DNA of 64,000 bases. It comes from an uncultured archaeon (GTDB lineage: Archaea; Asgardarchaeota; Hermodarchaeia; Hermodarchaeales; Hermodarchaeaceae). The stretch spans positions 32,001-96,000 of the forward strand of contig CAYFXC010000001.1 in NCBI GenBank assembly GCA_964347045.1, read 5' to 3'. A program made the translations under genes and the position numbers. The notes under the pieces were generated by a model that saw only the letters and a list, made by a program, of their open reading frames with translations, made no database searches and was not told the DNA's origin. Below, piece by piece: positions 1 to 9,612 of this stretch (position 1 is the stretch's first letter; the number at the start of each line of letters is the position of its first letter).

Positions 1-384
1 AACATTTGCTTTAATTCTGACAGTGGCTATTCCTTCAATTGGACCAGCAGTAATTCCTTCGGTCAGAATGGCTAAAGCCGTACGAATTGCTTGTTCCGCC
101 GCTTCTTCCAGATTTGCTCCAGTCGCCTGTGCTTTTTGGATTATTTCCCGAGCAACTTCAAAGGCAACGCTATGAGCTGGTTCAGTTTCACTTAATTGGC
201 GAATCTTTTCTGCTACACCGGGTGGACCCACAAGCCCTTCAACACGTCCGGCAACATCATCTGCGGGGCGAATTTCCACATTTTCTGTTGGATCGATTCC
301 CTTGCTTCGGGCTGTCTCGGCAATTTTGGCAATTCGTTGAACTTCTTCCCGAATCATATTTACGTATGATTCATAATATTCCAA
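1..384 (-). CDS. polC: DNA polymerase D large subunit DP2, N-terminal part (runs off the window)
   Basis: Manual translation from TTG at 384: LEYYESYVNMIREEVQRIAKIAETARSKGIDPTENVEIRPADDVAGRVEGLVGPPGVAEKIR...EQAIRTALAILTEGITAGPIEGI, the typical DP2 N-terminus. Not in the ORF track. Confidence 0.93.
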   Translation of the reverse strand, partial: MEYYESYVNMIREEVQRIAKIAETARSKGIDPTENVEIRPADDVAGRVEGLVGPPGVAEKIRQLSETEPAHSVAFEVAREIIQKAQATGANLEEAAEQAIRTALAILTEGITAGPIEGIATVRIKANV

Positions 385-1086
385 TCAGCCCACTCCTCCA
401 ATAAGAAAAATAACAAATATGATTTCAAAAAACGCCAAAACCAATCCAATGGCAATCGGGTTAAGTAAATTGTCATCAATTGGAGGCGCATTTAGATCAA
501 CGATAAAAAGCACTAATGCTGCAATTAAGCCATATATCAAGGGAATGCCTAAGAAAAACCAAAGAGGCAGATAAGCGAGAAATCCAAAGATAAATCCGGC
601 TATTGCGCCTTCCAGCGTACGATTGCCCTTAATTCGACGTCGACCAAACCGGATACCAAAAATTGCTGCCATTCCATCTCCTATAGCAGAAACCATTACG
701 GCTCCAACAGCTAACCAGCCTGAAATCATCCAAATAACTGGTATTTGAAACCAAGTTAAGAGAACGTTACTAATCATATAAAGAGTCAAAAACGTAATCA
801 TTGTTCCCACAGCAAAATATACACTAGCACTTAGCCTTGTTCGCTCACGGGGTCGCATTACGCGATCAGTAATACGTTTGAAAGGAAAGTACCCATAGAC
901 CCGAATTCTTGTAACCTCGATTCCAAGGAAAAAAACAAGACTAATGCCAGTAAATCCTATCGATAAGAGTGGACCAAAGGGGATTCCAAAAAGGGCTAAT
1001 CCGATTGCATTAACTAGTGCTACAAGAATCATGAGCAAGTGAAATAATTTTCGTTGAACCTCAGTGGTAACAATTGGATCTGCCAT
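385..1086 (-). CDS. Dolichol/phytol/diacylglycerol kinase (SEC59/VTE5/DGK1 family) membrane protein
   Basis: RKLFHL, GDGMAAIFG, RTLEG and DDNL motifs; multiple TM segments. Confidence 0.8.
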   Translation of the reverse strand: MADPIVTTEVQRKLFHLLMILVALVNAIGLALFGIPFGPLLSIGFTGISLVFFLGIEVTRIRVYGYFPFKRITDRVMRPRERTRLSASVYFAVGTMITFLTLYMISNVLLTWFQIPVIWMISGWLAVGAVMVSAIGDGMAAIFGIRFGRRRIKGNRTLEGAIAGFIFGFLAYLPLWFFLGIPLIYGLIAALVLFIVDLNAPPIDDNLLNPIAIGLVLAFFEIIFVIFLIGGVG

Positions 1087-1261
1087 TATCCTAATTGATT
1101 AAGCTCGTGACTCTTATGCGTTTAGGCACAACCAGTGAAAAAATTTTTATTGCTTCCAAATACCAAAAAAATCGTAACTCATAGACTTCCTCCCGTTGGG
1201 AAAAGGCTTTAAGGTTTGATTCTTGTCAAATCTGCCTATCACTTGCAGGTGAACTTGGTAG

Positions 1262-2236
1262 ATGGCTCTTATGTCCCGCCGAAAACTCATTGTAGGGTTC
1301 TTAGTTGTCCTTTTGCTATTCATAGTTCCACAGACACAAGGACAATCCCAACAAGAAGAGGGACAAATATCAATCGTTTTTGATTTTAGCCACAATACCA
1401 CATATAGCGTGGCAAAACGCAATTTTACAGAAGCCATCGAATTCTTTGTCAATTTTCCGGAATACCAGGTCCGGATTCTTGATGATGGCAAATTAACAGC
1501 CGCGAACTTGTCTCGATCACATGTTCTTGTCATCCCAAATCCGATGACAAATTACTCAGCCTCTGAGCTAGATGTGATTGCTGATTATGTAACTCAAGGA
1601 GGTTCGCTGTTTCTACTAAGTGATTTTCAAGTAGACAACAGAAGAATCGGTAACCCCATTGCGTTAAATATGATTCTTCAAGCTTTATTAGAGCCCAGGA
1701 TTCGCTTCACTACCTATACTGAAGGTAATACGACGGAAGGAGATTCGATCATCGATTTAGAGAATTCACGAATCCTGTCATATAACATTGAAGTAAATAA
1801 TTCGTATCTCTACTCCCAACTGAATCGTGAACCTCTCATTGCTGGTATCGATTCAGTTTTCATTGCTGGGGGTTCACTTACAACAGAACTCTCAGATTTA
1901 ATCATCTCAACAGGAGCAGAATCATCTCAAGCAGTTTCAATTAATGGAGACCTAATACAGAATCAACCAGGATGGCTCTCGGCGTTTTGGATTGGAAGCT
2001 CTAGAATTGTTTTGTGTTCGTCAGTAACAATGTTCTCTGATACGATGAGTTTAGGAACAAATCAAAGTTGGTTTCAATCCATGGACAATAGTGTATTATG
2101 GTATAATATTTTCAGATGGATATCAAATGATTTAATTCAAAATCCCACACAAATAATGATATTTTTTGTAGCTTTGGTATTATTTGCAGGATTTGCTATT
2201 TTTGGTTATTCGCTTTGGCGAACGAAACGGAAATGA
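1262..2236 (+). CDS. Secreted GIFT/GldG-like domain protein with C-terminal TM anchor (Wbp1/OST48-like candidate)
   Basis: Signal peptide, FDFSH, VLVIPNP, GGSLFLL and MFSD motifs, C-terminal TM helix plus basic tail. Confidence 0.65.
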   Translation: MALMSRRKLIVGFLVVLLLFIVPQTQGQSQQEEGQISIVFDFSHNTTYSVAKRNFTEAIEFFVNFPEYQVRILDDGKLTAANLSRSHVLVIPNPMTNYSASELDVIADYVTQGGSLFLLSDFQVDNRRIGNPIALNMILQALLEPRIRFTTYTEGNTTEGDSIIDLENSRILSYNIEVNNSYLYSQLNREPLIAGIDSVFIAGGSLTTELSDLIISTGAESSQAVSINGDLIQNQPGWLSAFWIGSSRIVLCSSVTMFSDTMSLGTNQSWFQSMDNSVLWYNIFRWISNDLIQNPTQIMIFFVALVLFAGFAIFGYSLWRTKRK

Positions 2237-2895
2237 GGAAGAAGGTTTCTGCTTAGTGTTAGAAGCCAGCGTGTGATATCCCTACGAGCCCTTATTTTGG
2301 ATTTTTCTTCACCGTAGTTTGTGGCTATTGGAACTTCGGAAATATTAAACCCCGCACGTTTAGCGTCAATTAAGATTTCAGTTTCTGCGGCAAAACCATC
2401 ATCTCTAACAGGTATCGTTTCGAGCACTTGCTTCCTAAATGCTCGATAGCCTGATTGAGAGTCAGTAACAGGTACCTTGAAAAAAATCCGTAAAGCTTGT
2501 GTGGTGATAAGATTACTTAGTTTCCGTACGAAGGGCATTTCTTCTGATTGGGTGGCGTAACGCGAACCAACTACAATATCAAATCCTTTCTGGATTTTTT
2601 TAATAAATCGTGGGATTGAGTGCGGATTGTGTTGTAAATCACCATCTAGAGTAATCACGATATCACATTGTAGTTCCATGGCATGATTAAAACCAGTTCG
2701 TAGTGCAGCACCTTTTCCAAGATTTCGAGAATGCCTTAAGACGATTGCACCACTATCTTCAGCAATCTGGCTTGTGTTATCAGTACTACCATCGTCAACC
2801 ACAATAACACAGGAGCAATATTTCTGAGAAAGAACCACCACTTGGCTAATAGCACGTGATTCTTGGTAGGCAGGAATTATGCAACAGACTTTCAT
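2206..2895 (-). CDS. Glycosyltransferase family 2 (DPM1-like polyprenol-phosphate sugar synthase)
   Basis: IIPAYQE, VVDDGSTD, GKGAA, DGDLQH and DSQSGYR motifs; ATG at 2895 preferred. Confidence 0.9.
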   Translation of the reverse strand: MKVCCIIPAYQESRAISQVVVLSQKYCSCVIVVDDGSTDNTSQIAEDSGAIVLRHSRNLGKGAALRTGFNHAMELQCDIVITLDGDLQHNPHSIPRFIKKIQKGFDIVVGSRYATQSEEMPFVRKLSNLITTQALRIFFKVPVTDSQSGYRAFRKQVLETIPVRDDGFAAETEILIDAKRAGFNISEVPIATNYGEEKSKIRARRDITRWLLTLSRNLLPHFRFVRQSE

Positions 2896-2955
2896 GAACA
2901 CCAGCATTTGATACTTGTTATTAAGAACTACGAGACAAGACAAAAATGAAAAACC

Positions 2956-3237
2956 TTACGATTCAGAGGAAAGGTTAGAATTCGTTGTTTTTGTTGTGGA
3001 TGTTGGTTGTGCAGCGCAAATGTCAACGAACTCTCCATATACATCAACGGGCTCTGTTAAAGGCGTAATTCCTATTGTCGCCTGAACATCACAGTTGCCA
3101 CAGTGGATGGTAGCCTGACCAATGTTTTTGTTTAGCTCCACGCGAACAGCGTTCCGACCACACCGCGGACAATTGAAAATAGATGGAATTGTTCGAATCG
3201 GACGTCGCGGTGTCGTTTTTCTTCGTCGTCGACCCAT
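2956..3237 (-). CDS. elf1: Transcription elongation factor Elf1
   Basis: MGRRRRK...FNCPRC...CGNC...EPVDVY zinc ribbon. Confidence 0.92.
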   Translation of the reverse strand: MGRRRRKTTPRRPIRTIPSIFNCPRCGRNAVRVELNKNIGQATIHCGNCDVQATIGITPLTEPVDVYGEFVDICAAQPTSTTKTTNSNLSSES

Positions 3238-3299
3238 TTCTTACACCTTTTAATTCAATGACGTCAAATCATTACAATATTTGGAGTAGTAGAACCACA

Positions 3300-5039
3300 T
3301 TACCTTTGGACTTTTCGCTTTAGGTCATCTAATAGCTGGTTTGCCACTTCATGTGGATCTGCGTCAGATACATCATTGACTGACAGTTCTAGTTCATTGG
3401 AGAAGGTGTTCAGATTTATTCGACCAGATAATACGATTTCTTTGCCCAGTAGTTTTTCTTCTACTTGTCGAACAGGTTCATCTTCATTTCCTGATTCTGT
3501 AATTAGAGTCTTTGCCGCGCTACCAGCAATTCCAAAGAGTTTCTCTGCTGACCCCCCAATAAGGCTAGCACGAATATTTTCGGTTCCATCATCTATTACG
3601 ATTTTGGCAATTAACCGTGGTTCAGATTGTGAAATTTTACCACACTTTGGACAGGTAATAGTTGAATTGCTTTGAGAGACTTTTTTGTAGCATTTCGGAC
3701 AGGAATCATATACAGATTTTTGGTGAATTATCTGAACAATCGTTCCGCGGACCGAGACAAAATTCCCTTCTCTTACCTTTGCAAGTACTTGATTGGGAAC
3801 TTTGGTTTGTCCAGTTCCTACAAAGTTCTCTGATGGGTTTTTAATTTTCAAGTCAGGAGGATTTTGAAGAACTTCAGTTGATTCGTTAATATGAAGTTCA
3901 AGCTCCGGACGAAGACCTGATCGACAACTAACACCTGCTAACAATAACGTCGCACCGTTTTTGATATCAGCAAGGTTTTCAGCGGCTTTACCCCAAGCCA
4001 CAGCACGAACGCGCCCTGAATTATCAGCTAAGGTAAGTACCAGACGTTTTCCTTCTTGACCATCACGTCGAGTAAAAGAACTCAATCCTTGATTTTCAAT
4101 CACGATAACACCGACTGTGTTAGCATAATCTCCTGGTTTAAGATCTTTAAGCAGTTGAGGTTTAGATGGCTGTTTTGCTGGTTGTTCTGAAGTAGAACTA
4201 AGCTGTTGGAGTCGACCACGACGACCTAGGTGTAGTTCGGGTTCATTATTTTGGTCCAATCGCACATATCCACTCTCAATACGAATTCTGTCATTTACAG
4301 ATAATTTGTTAAACCAGTCACTCTGCTCGTCCCATAAAACCAGTCGTGTACGGCCAGTTTCATCGCGAAGGGCTAAATTAGCCACAGTTCCCTCTGAATC
4401 TTCTCGTTTAAAGGAAGTTATCCGATACTTGACAATAATTTCACCTTCAACAAAGACATCACTCATTCCTTCTTGAAGCGCCTTTATTTTTGTAAGAGAA
4501 ATTACTTCATCAGGAAAGTCTTTGGAATCTACATCTGGGGGATTAATCATAATTCGACTCCCCCCACCAAGATGTAGTTCTAATTGATCACGAAGGCCTG
4601 TTCTAACTCGCCCATTAATTATACGAAGAATATCACCTTCATCGAATTCCTTATCTTCAATCGGTTGTGTGTGCTTGTTCCAAAAAGTGACACGAATCGA
4701 ACCTGTTGCATCATTACCCAATATGCTGGCAACTTGGCCCTCTCCTCCTTGTTTTCGCTGAAATGTTCTTACTGGAAAAATCCGGATAACCTTCACATTT
4801 ATCGAAACACCTGTCATTCCTGCAACAAGGTCACGTATTGTAAGTTTAAGTTCAGGTGTGGCTTGACTTTCAAATAAGTCTAAATCCAACTCCCGAGCCA
4901 CCAGGGATGCCGCACCCTCGTCAGTTACATAGCCATTCAATTCTTTCTTTTTTGCCTCAATTAATTGCAAAACCTCTTCCTTAGGTTTACCAGATTTGGT
5001 AACAATCAGATCAACAATTTCGGCAAGCTTAAGTGGCAC
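3300..5039 (-). CDS. rpa: Replication protein A large subunit (multiple OB folds plus C4 zinc finger)
   Basis: Repeated DxTGxIRxxxW OB motifs and CPKC...CPKC. Confidence 0.9.
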   Translation of the reverse strand: MPLKLAEIVDLIVTKSGKPKEEVLQLIEAKKKELNGYVTDEGAASLVARELDLDLFESQATPELKLTIRDLVAGMTGVSINVKVIRIFPVRTFQRKQGGEGQVASILGNDATGSIRVTFWNKHTQPIEDKEFDEGDILRIINGRVRTGLRDQLELHLGGGSRIMINPPDVDSKDFPDEVISLTKIKALQEGMSDVFVEGEIIVKYRITSFKREDSEGTVANLALRDETGRTRLVLWDEQSDWFNKLSVNDRIRIESGYVRLDQNNEPELHLGRRGRLQQLSSTSEQPAKQPSKPQLLKDLKPGDYANTVGVIVIENQGLSSFTRRDGQEGKRLVLTLADNSGRVRAVAWGKAAENLADIKNGATLLLAGVSCRSGLRPELELHINESTEVLQNPPDLKIKNPSENFVGTGQTKVPNQVLAKVREGNFVSVRGTIVQIIHQKSVYDSCPKCYKKVSQSNSTITCPKCGKISQSEPRLIAKIVIDDGTENIRASLIGGSAEKLFGIAGSAAKTLITESGNEDEPVRQVEEKLLGKEIVLSGRINLNTFSNELELSVNDVSDADPHEVANQLLDDLKRKVQR

Positions 5040-5276
5040 GTGTCAAGACAGCCTCCCTGACATGATATAATTATGTCACAGAGTTTCTTCAACCTTTGTA
5101 TTAAAACATGTCTTTAAAACGTGTAATTTGTGAGACGACCAAATAGCAGATAATGTATTTCAATTCCGCTTTTCTCCTTAATCGCAATCCTTGCTACTCA
5201 TCAACCACCAACGCACCTATAAAGGTTTGAGACAATCATCGCCTTGCTCAGATCTGCAACTGAGGTTCCGAGATTA

Positions 5277-8090
5277 ATGAAAAACGTCTTTTCACTACTG
5301 GACCCCCGTATCCAAAGGGAATTGAAGAAGCTTGGATTTTCCAAACCTACTCCAATCCAAGAAAGCGCCTTCCCGAGGATTTTTCGGAATGAGAATCTCC
5401 TTCTCATCGCCCCAACAGGGCATGGAAAAACAGAAGCAGCTTTTCTCCCCAGATTGCATCAGATTCTGACCAATCCACCAACCGAAGAAGGGGTTTATCT
5501 GCTCTGGATTAGTCCTCTAAGAGCGCTTAATCGAGATATTCTCCGCCGGCTTGTTCTAATTGCCCAGCACCTTCAAATCAGTGTTGAAGTCAGACATGGT
5601 GATACAAAGCCCTCAACGCGGCGTAAACAAACGCTGAAGCCTCCTCAATTGTTTATCATAACGCCCGAAACGCTACAAGCCATTTTGGTGGGAAAAAGGA
5701 TTCGAGAACATCTACGTAATGTAAGATGTGTCGTTATCGATGAAATTCATGAACTTGCCGCCAGTAAACGTGGAGTTCAATTGATGGTAGCATTAGAACG
5801 ACTTCGTGAGTTATCGAAAAGACCGTTTCAACGAATTGGGCTTTCAGCTACAATTGGAAACCCCAGCGAAATTCGAGACTTTATGGGCGGAGAAGAAAAA
5901 GTAAGAATCATCAAATCTCCGGCCACGAAAGAGTTTCGGTTCCGCCTTGAGTATTGCCCGTTTTCCTACGAGGATAACGATAAATCACCTCTCGATGGTC
6001 CTGCAGAAAGGATATGGGAATTAGTAAAGCAACATTCATCGACACTTATTTTCTGTAATGAACGACAAACTGCAGAGGCACTTGGGCTCAGGTTAGCAAA
6101 ACTTCATGACAATGAATCTGGCGTTCACCACGGTTCTCTTTCTCGAGAAGCGCGAATTGAAGCAGAACTCAAATTCAAAGATGGTGAAGTACCCTATCTA
6201 GTTTGTACTTCATCCCTAGAGTTGGGACTGGATATCGGAACAGTGGATTTAGTAATTCAGTACGGATCACCACGACAAGTCATCCGGCTACTCCAACGCG
6301 TGGGTCGAGCAGGACATCAACTTGACCGTGAATCAAAAGGAATCATCATTACCACAAAGTTTGATGATGTATGCGAAGGAATGATCGTGGCTCAAAATGC
6401 CTTAAGTGGGTGCCTTGAGACACCACCCATTCATTACAACGCACTAGATATTATCGCTCATCAATTAGTTGGTCTAGCCATTGAATACAAAACTCTTACC
6501 TATGAAAAAGCGATTGAAATAATCAGACGCGCACCACCATATCGCACTCTTGAAGTTGAGAAAATATCACATGTCATAGAATTTCTGCAAAAGGAGAGAT
6601 TAATTTCTATGGACGATGTGATTTTGCGCCCTCGAAGAAAGTCCTATCCCTATTATTTTGAAAACTTATCCGTGATTCCTGACACGCCCCACCATCGTGT
6701 CATCAATGTGGCAACAAATCGACCCATTGGACGCCTTGATACTGGTTTTGCTGAAGAATATGGTCAAACTGGTAATATTCTAGTTCTTCGAGGTCGTCCT
6801 TGGGAAGTGATTAAACAAGATGATGAATACGTATACGTAACAGCAATTCAACAAACGAAGGGACGAATACCCCGATGGAGTGGAGAACTAATCCCTGTCT
6901 CGAAGATGATTGTTGAAGGAGTAAGTGATCTTTGGAACCAGTTTGCAGAAAATGTAACCAACTCAGAACCAATTTCCTTTGATATCGATACCGACGAAGC
7001 TGCAAAAGAAGTACAACTTAAAACCATTAAAAAACAGCTTCAAAGTGAATTCATACCTCATAAACGAACCATTATCATTGAAGTTGGTCATGAACTAATT
7101 GTCATCCATTCATGCTACGGAACACGAATAAACGAAACCCTTGGTCGTTTACTCGCAGCAATTTTAACTTCACAATTAGGAAGAGAGATTGCATTTCACG
7201 CAGATCAATATCGTATTCTTTTTCGATTTGAACGTGGAGGTGGATATTCGATTGGAGAAGCCTTGTATGAAGGACTCCAATCGCTGGAATCCACCCACAT
7301 GGATGAATTATTAGAACTGATCTTGTTACGATCACCGTATTTTGCGAGACGATTTCTACACGTCGCTCGGAGATTTGGAGTTATTTCACGTTCAGCGCGC
7401 CTTAGAAGTAGCCAGCTTCTCCGAATTATGCAATATTTTACTGGAACACCAATAATTGATGAAGCACTCAGAGAGTTTTACGTTGACAAACTGGACATTG
7501 AAAACACTCGAGCTCTTTTAGATGCCATTCAGAGCAATGAAATCAAAGTTAAACAGATATTCCGAAAGAGCCCTTCTCCTTTTGCACGTCAAATTCTAGC
7601 AAGATTTGGTGAATTTCTTGAACCCGAAACACCTGAAGCATATATCCTTGAACAAACGAAAAAACGTCTCCTAAACCGTAAAGTACGATTAGTTTGCCTC
7701 CATTGTGGGCAATGGTCAAGTGTACGTACTATCAAGCACATAAATGAGCATCCGCAGTGTAAAAAGTGTGCATCACGGTTAATTGCAGGAATTTTTCCAA
7801 CCGATGAATTACTACAGAAAGCCATTCGTCACAAGAGAGCCGGTATGAAATTATCTCCTGAAGAACAAAAGGCGTTACGTAAGGGTCGAGAAAATGCTAA
7901 TGTTGTGTTAAATTATGGAAAACCAGCTTTGATTGCAATGGCGGGCAGAGGAATTGGTCCAACAGTAGTTAAACGTATTCTTGCAGGAAGTCATGAACGT
8001 CCTGAAGGTGAATTCTATCGTCTTATTTTAGAGAATGAGAAGCAGTTTATTAGAACGCGTGAGTGGTGGGCTGAATCGAAGACTGAATAG
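5277..8090 (+). CDS. lhr: Lhr-family ATP-dependent DEAH helicase with C-terminal zinc finger
   Basis: APTGHGKT, DEIHE, SAT, SLELGLDIG and QRVGRAGH motifs. Confidence 0.93.
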   Translation: MKNVFSLLDPRIQRELKKLGFSKPTPIQESAFPRIFRNENLLLIAPTGHGKTEAAFLPRLHQILTNPPTEEGVYLLWISPLRALNRDILRRLVLIAQHLQISVEVRHGDTKPSTRRKQTLKPPQLFIITPETLQAILVGKRIREHLRNVRCVVIDEIHELAASKRGVQLMVALERLRELSKRPFQRIGLSATIGNPSEIRDFMGGEEKVRIIKSPATKEFRFRLEYCPFSYEDNDKSPLDGPAERIWELVKQHSSTLIFCNERQTAEALGLRLAKLHDNESGVHHGSLSREARIEAELKFKDGEVPYLVCTSSLELGLDIGTVDLVIQYGSPRQVIRLLQRVGRAGHQLDRESKGIIITTKFDDVCEGMIVAQNALSGCLETPPIHYNALDIIAHQLVGLAIEYKTLTYEKAIEIIRRAPPYRTLEVEKISHVIEFLQKERLISMDDVILRPRRKSYPYYFENLSVIPDTPHHRVINVATNRPIGRLDTGFAEEYGQTGNILVLRGRPWEVIKQDDEYVYVTAIQQTKGRIPRWSGELIPVSKMIVEGVSDLWNQFAENVTNSEPISFDIDTDEAAKEVQLKTIKKQLQSEFIPHKRTIIIEVGHELIVIHSCYGTRINETLGRLLAAILTSQLGREIAFHADQYRILFRFERGGGYSIGEALYEGLQSLESTHMDELLELILLRSPYFARRFLHVARRFGVISRSARLRSSQLLRIMQYFTGTPIIDEALREFYVDKLDIENTRALLDAIQSNEIKVKQIFRKSPSPFARQILARFGEFLEPETPEAYILEQTKKRLLNRKVRLVCLHCGQWSSVRTIKHINEHPQCKKCASRLIAGIFPTDELLQKAIRHKRAGMKLSPEEQKALRKGRENANVVLNYGKPALIAMAGRGIGPTVVKRILAGSHERPEGEFYRLILENEKQFIRTREWWAESKTE

Positions 8091-8098
8091 GAAGGCTA

Positions 8099-8203
8099 CT
8101 ATTCTTCGCGTCCGCCAAGAATGTGATAGGCTACAATTAACAAACTTGCTAAGATAGCTAGCCCGAGGGTTGTAATAAGATAGATTTGATATAAGACACT
8201 CAT
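8099..8203 (-). CDS. 34-aa single-pass membrane protein, OST4-like
   Basis: MSVLYQIYLITTLGLAILASLLIVAYHILGGREE; LIVAYH resembles the OST4 LIVIYH/LVVLYH signature. Confidence 0.6.
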   Translation of the reverse strand: MSVLYQIYLITTLGLAILASLLIVAYHILGGREE

Positions 8204-8249
8204 TTACAGAACCGTTCTGCCAAGTTCCTTTAAGACTTTTTAAGTTTAC

Positions 8250-8681
8250 TCAAGCATCTTCTTTCTTAGACTTTTGAGTAGATGGTTTTTCAATTAGCAT
8301 TTCCCATTCGTCGCGTAGCGCGTCATATCGCATGTCGTCTACATGAATTTCGGAAAATGTTCCAAGGGCCTGGGCAAGAATTTGGGCTAAAATATGATAA
8401 CAAAAATCGACTGTACGTTTTACAATTACGTTGATATAGAAATCTTCACAGTCACAATATATTTCAGATAAGACACGATAATCCCGCGATTTCCCAATAA
8501 CCACCCATGCCTCTCTGCCACTTGGTTCAAAGATATATTTTTTCACAAAGTCCTTTGCAACGGCTTGAAGGGCCTTCCAAAATCGGTCTCCACAGTGTTG
8601 TGAAAGAGTTTGAAGATCCGAACCAGAGATGGCTTGATGTTTTCTGAGAGAGTTCAGGGCGCTTTCTATTTCGCGTTTCAT
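8250..8681 (-). CDS. SWIM zinc-finger protein, SWS1/ZSWIM7-like
   Basis: PSGR..W.V.G, YCDCEDF...CYH SWIM motif. Confidence 0.8.
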   Translation of the reverse strand: MKREIESALNSLRKHQAISGSDLQTLSQHCGDRFWKALQAVAKDFVKKYIFEPSGREAWVVIGKSRDYRVLSEIYCDCEDFYINVIVKRTVDFCYHILAQILAQALGTFSEIHVDDMRYDALRDEWEMLIEKPSTQKSKKEDA

Positions 8682-8744
8682 CGTAACAACAATCTCTTAT
8701 TATAAAGAAAAAAATACCTATCGTTTTAGTAGTAGTGAAGAAGA

Positions 8745-9584
8745 ATGCACTTGGAATTAATACAAAATGAACCTGCCCTCCTTCTTCGTGAGGGATCACG
8801 ACGTGTTTTAGTTGTAGGGGATTTACATATAGGTTACGAACGAATCCTTTTCAAACAGGATTATTATTCAACCAATCTTACTATTCGGATTATCACGGAG
8901 TTTGAAAAACTCGTTGAGAAGTTAGAACCCACTGAAATCATCATCTTGGGTGATTTGAAACACTCTATCCAAGATTTTTCTAAGCCGGAGTTCCATCAAA
9001 TTGCACAACTATTACAACACTTACAGCAACGTGCAAAGGTCACCATTATCCCAGGAAACCATGATGCAGATTTGGAATTAGTTACACCTGACGACACAAA
9101 AATCAGTTCATCAGCAGGTCTTCGCCTTCAGTTCAAATCAAAACAGATATATCTTCTACACGGGCACGCCCACCCATCCTCTGATATTCTCTCTTGTGAC
9201 AGCATGATTATGGGTCACATTCATCCAACCATCTCTATCTCAAAATTTAAACAAAAATCATCTCTACATCGAGTCTGGGTAAAGACAAAGTGGAGGTCTA
9301 CAATTGGCGAGACTACGAAGAGATGGTCAGGTGAAGGACAATTCCAAAACGAAAAAGAAGTGATTCAGAGACTTCTTAATATGAGAATTCTAATTATTCC
9401 AGCGTACCTTAGCTTACTCCGAGGACATGTTCTTAATATTGATTCGTCGAATACTCATCTAGGAACTCCATTATTTCGCCATCTCTCACTAGATGATGCC
9501 GAAATTATAATGCTTGATCACACGCCTTTAGGAACACTTGAAAAATTAAAGGAAAAAAGACACCCCGATAAAGAAACATTTTAA
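8745..9584 (+). CDS. Metallophosphoesterase (Lhr-associated type)
   Basis: GDLHIG, GDLKH, GNHD, HGH and GHIHP motifs. Confidence 0.88.
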   Translation: MHLELIQNEPALLLREGSRRVLVVGDLHIGYERILFKQDYYSTNLTIRIITEFEKLVEKLEPTEIIILGDLKHSIQDFSKPEFHQIAQLLQHLQQRAKVTIIPGNHDADLELVTPDDTKISSSAGLRLQFKSKQIYLLHGHAHPSSDILSCDSMIMGHIHPTISISKFKQKSSLHRVWVKTKWRSTIGETTKRWSGEGQFQNEKEVIQRLLNMRILIIPAYLSLLRGHVLNIDSSNTHLGTPLFRHLSLDDAEIIMLDHTPLGTLEKLKEKRHPDKETF

Positions 9585-9612
9585 GAGCCTATTTACTGTA
9601 TCCTGCACCGTT

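Noticed and set aside
87-404. 105-aa plus-strand ORF
   Set aside because: Antisense shadow of the DP2 gene.
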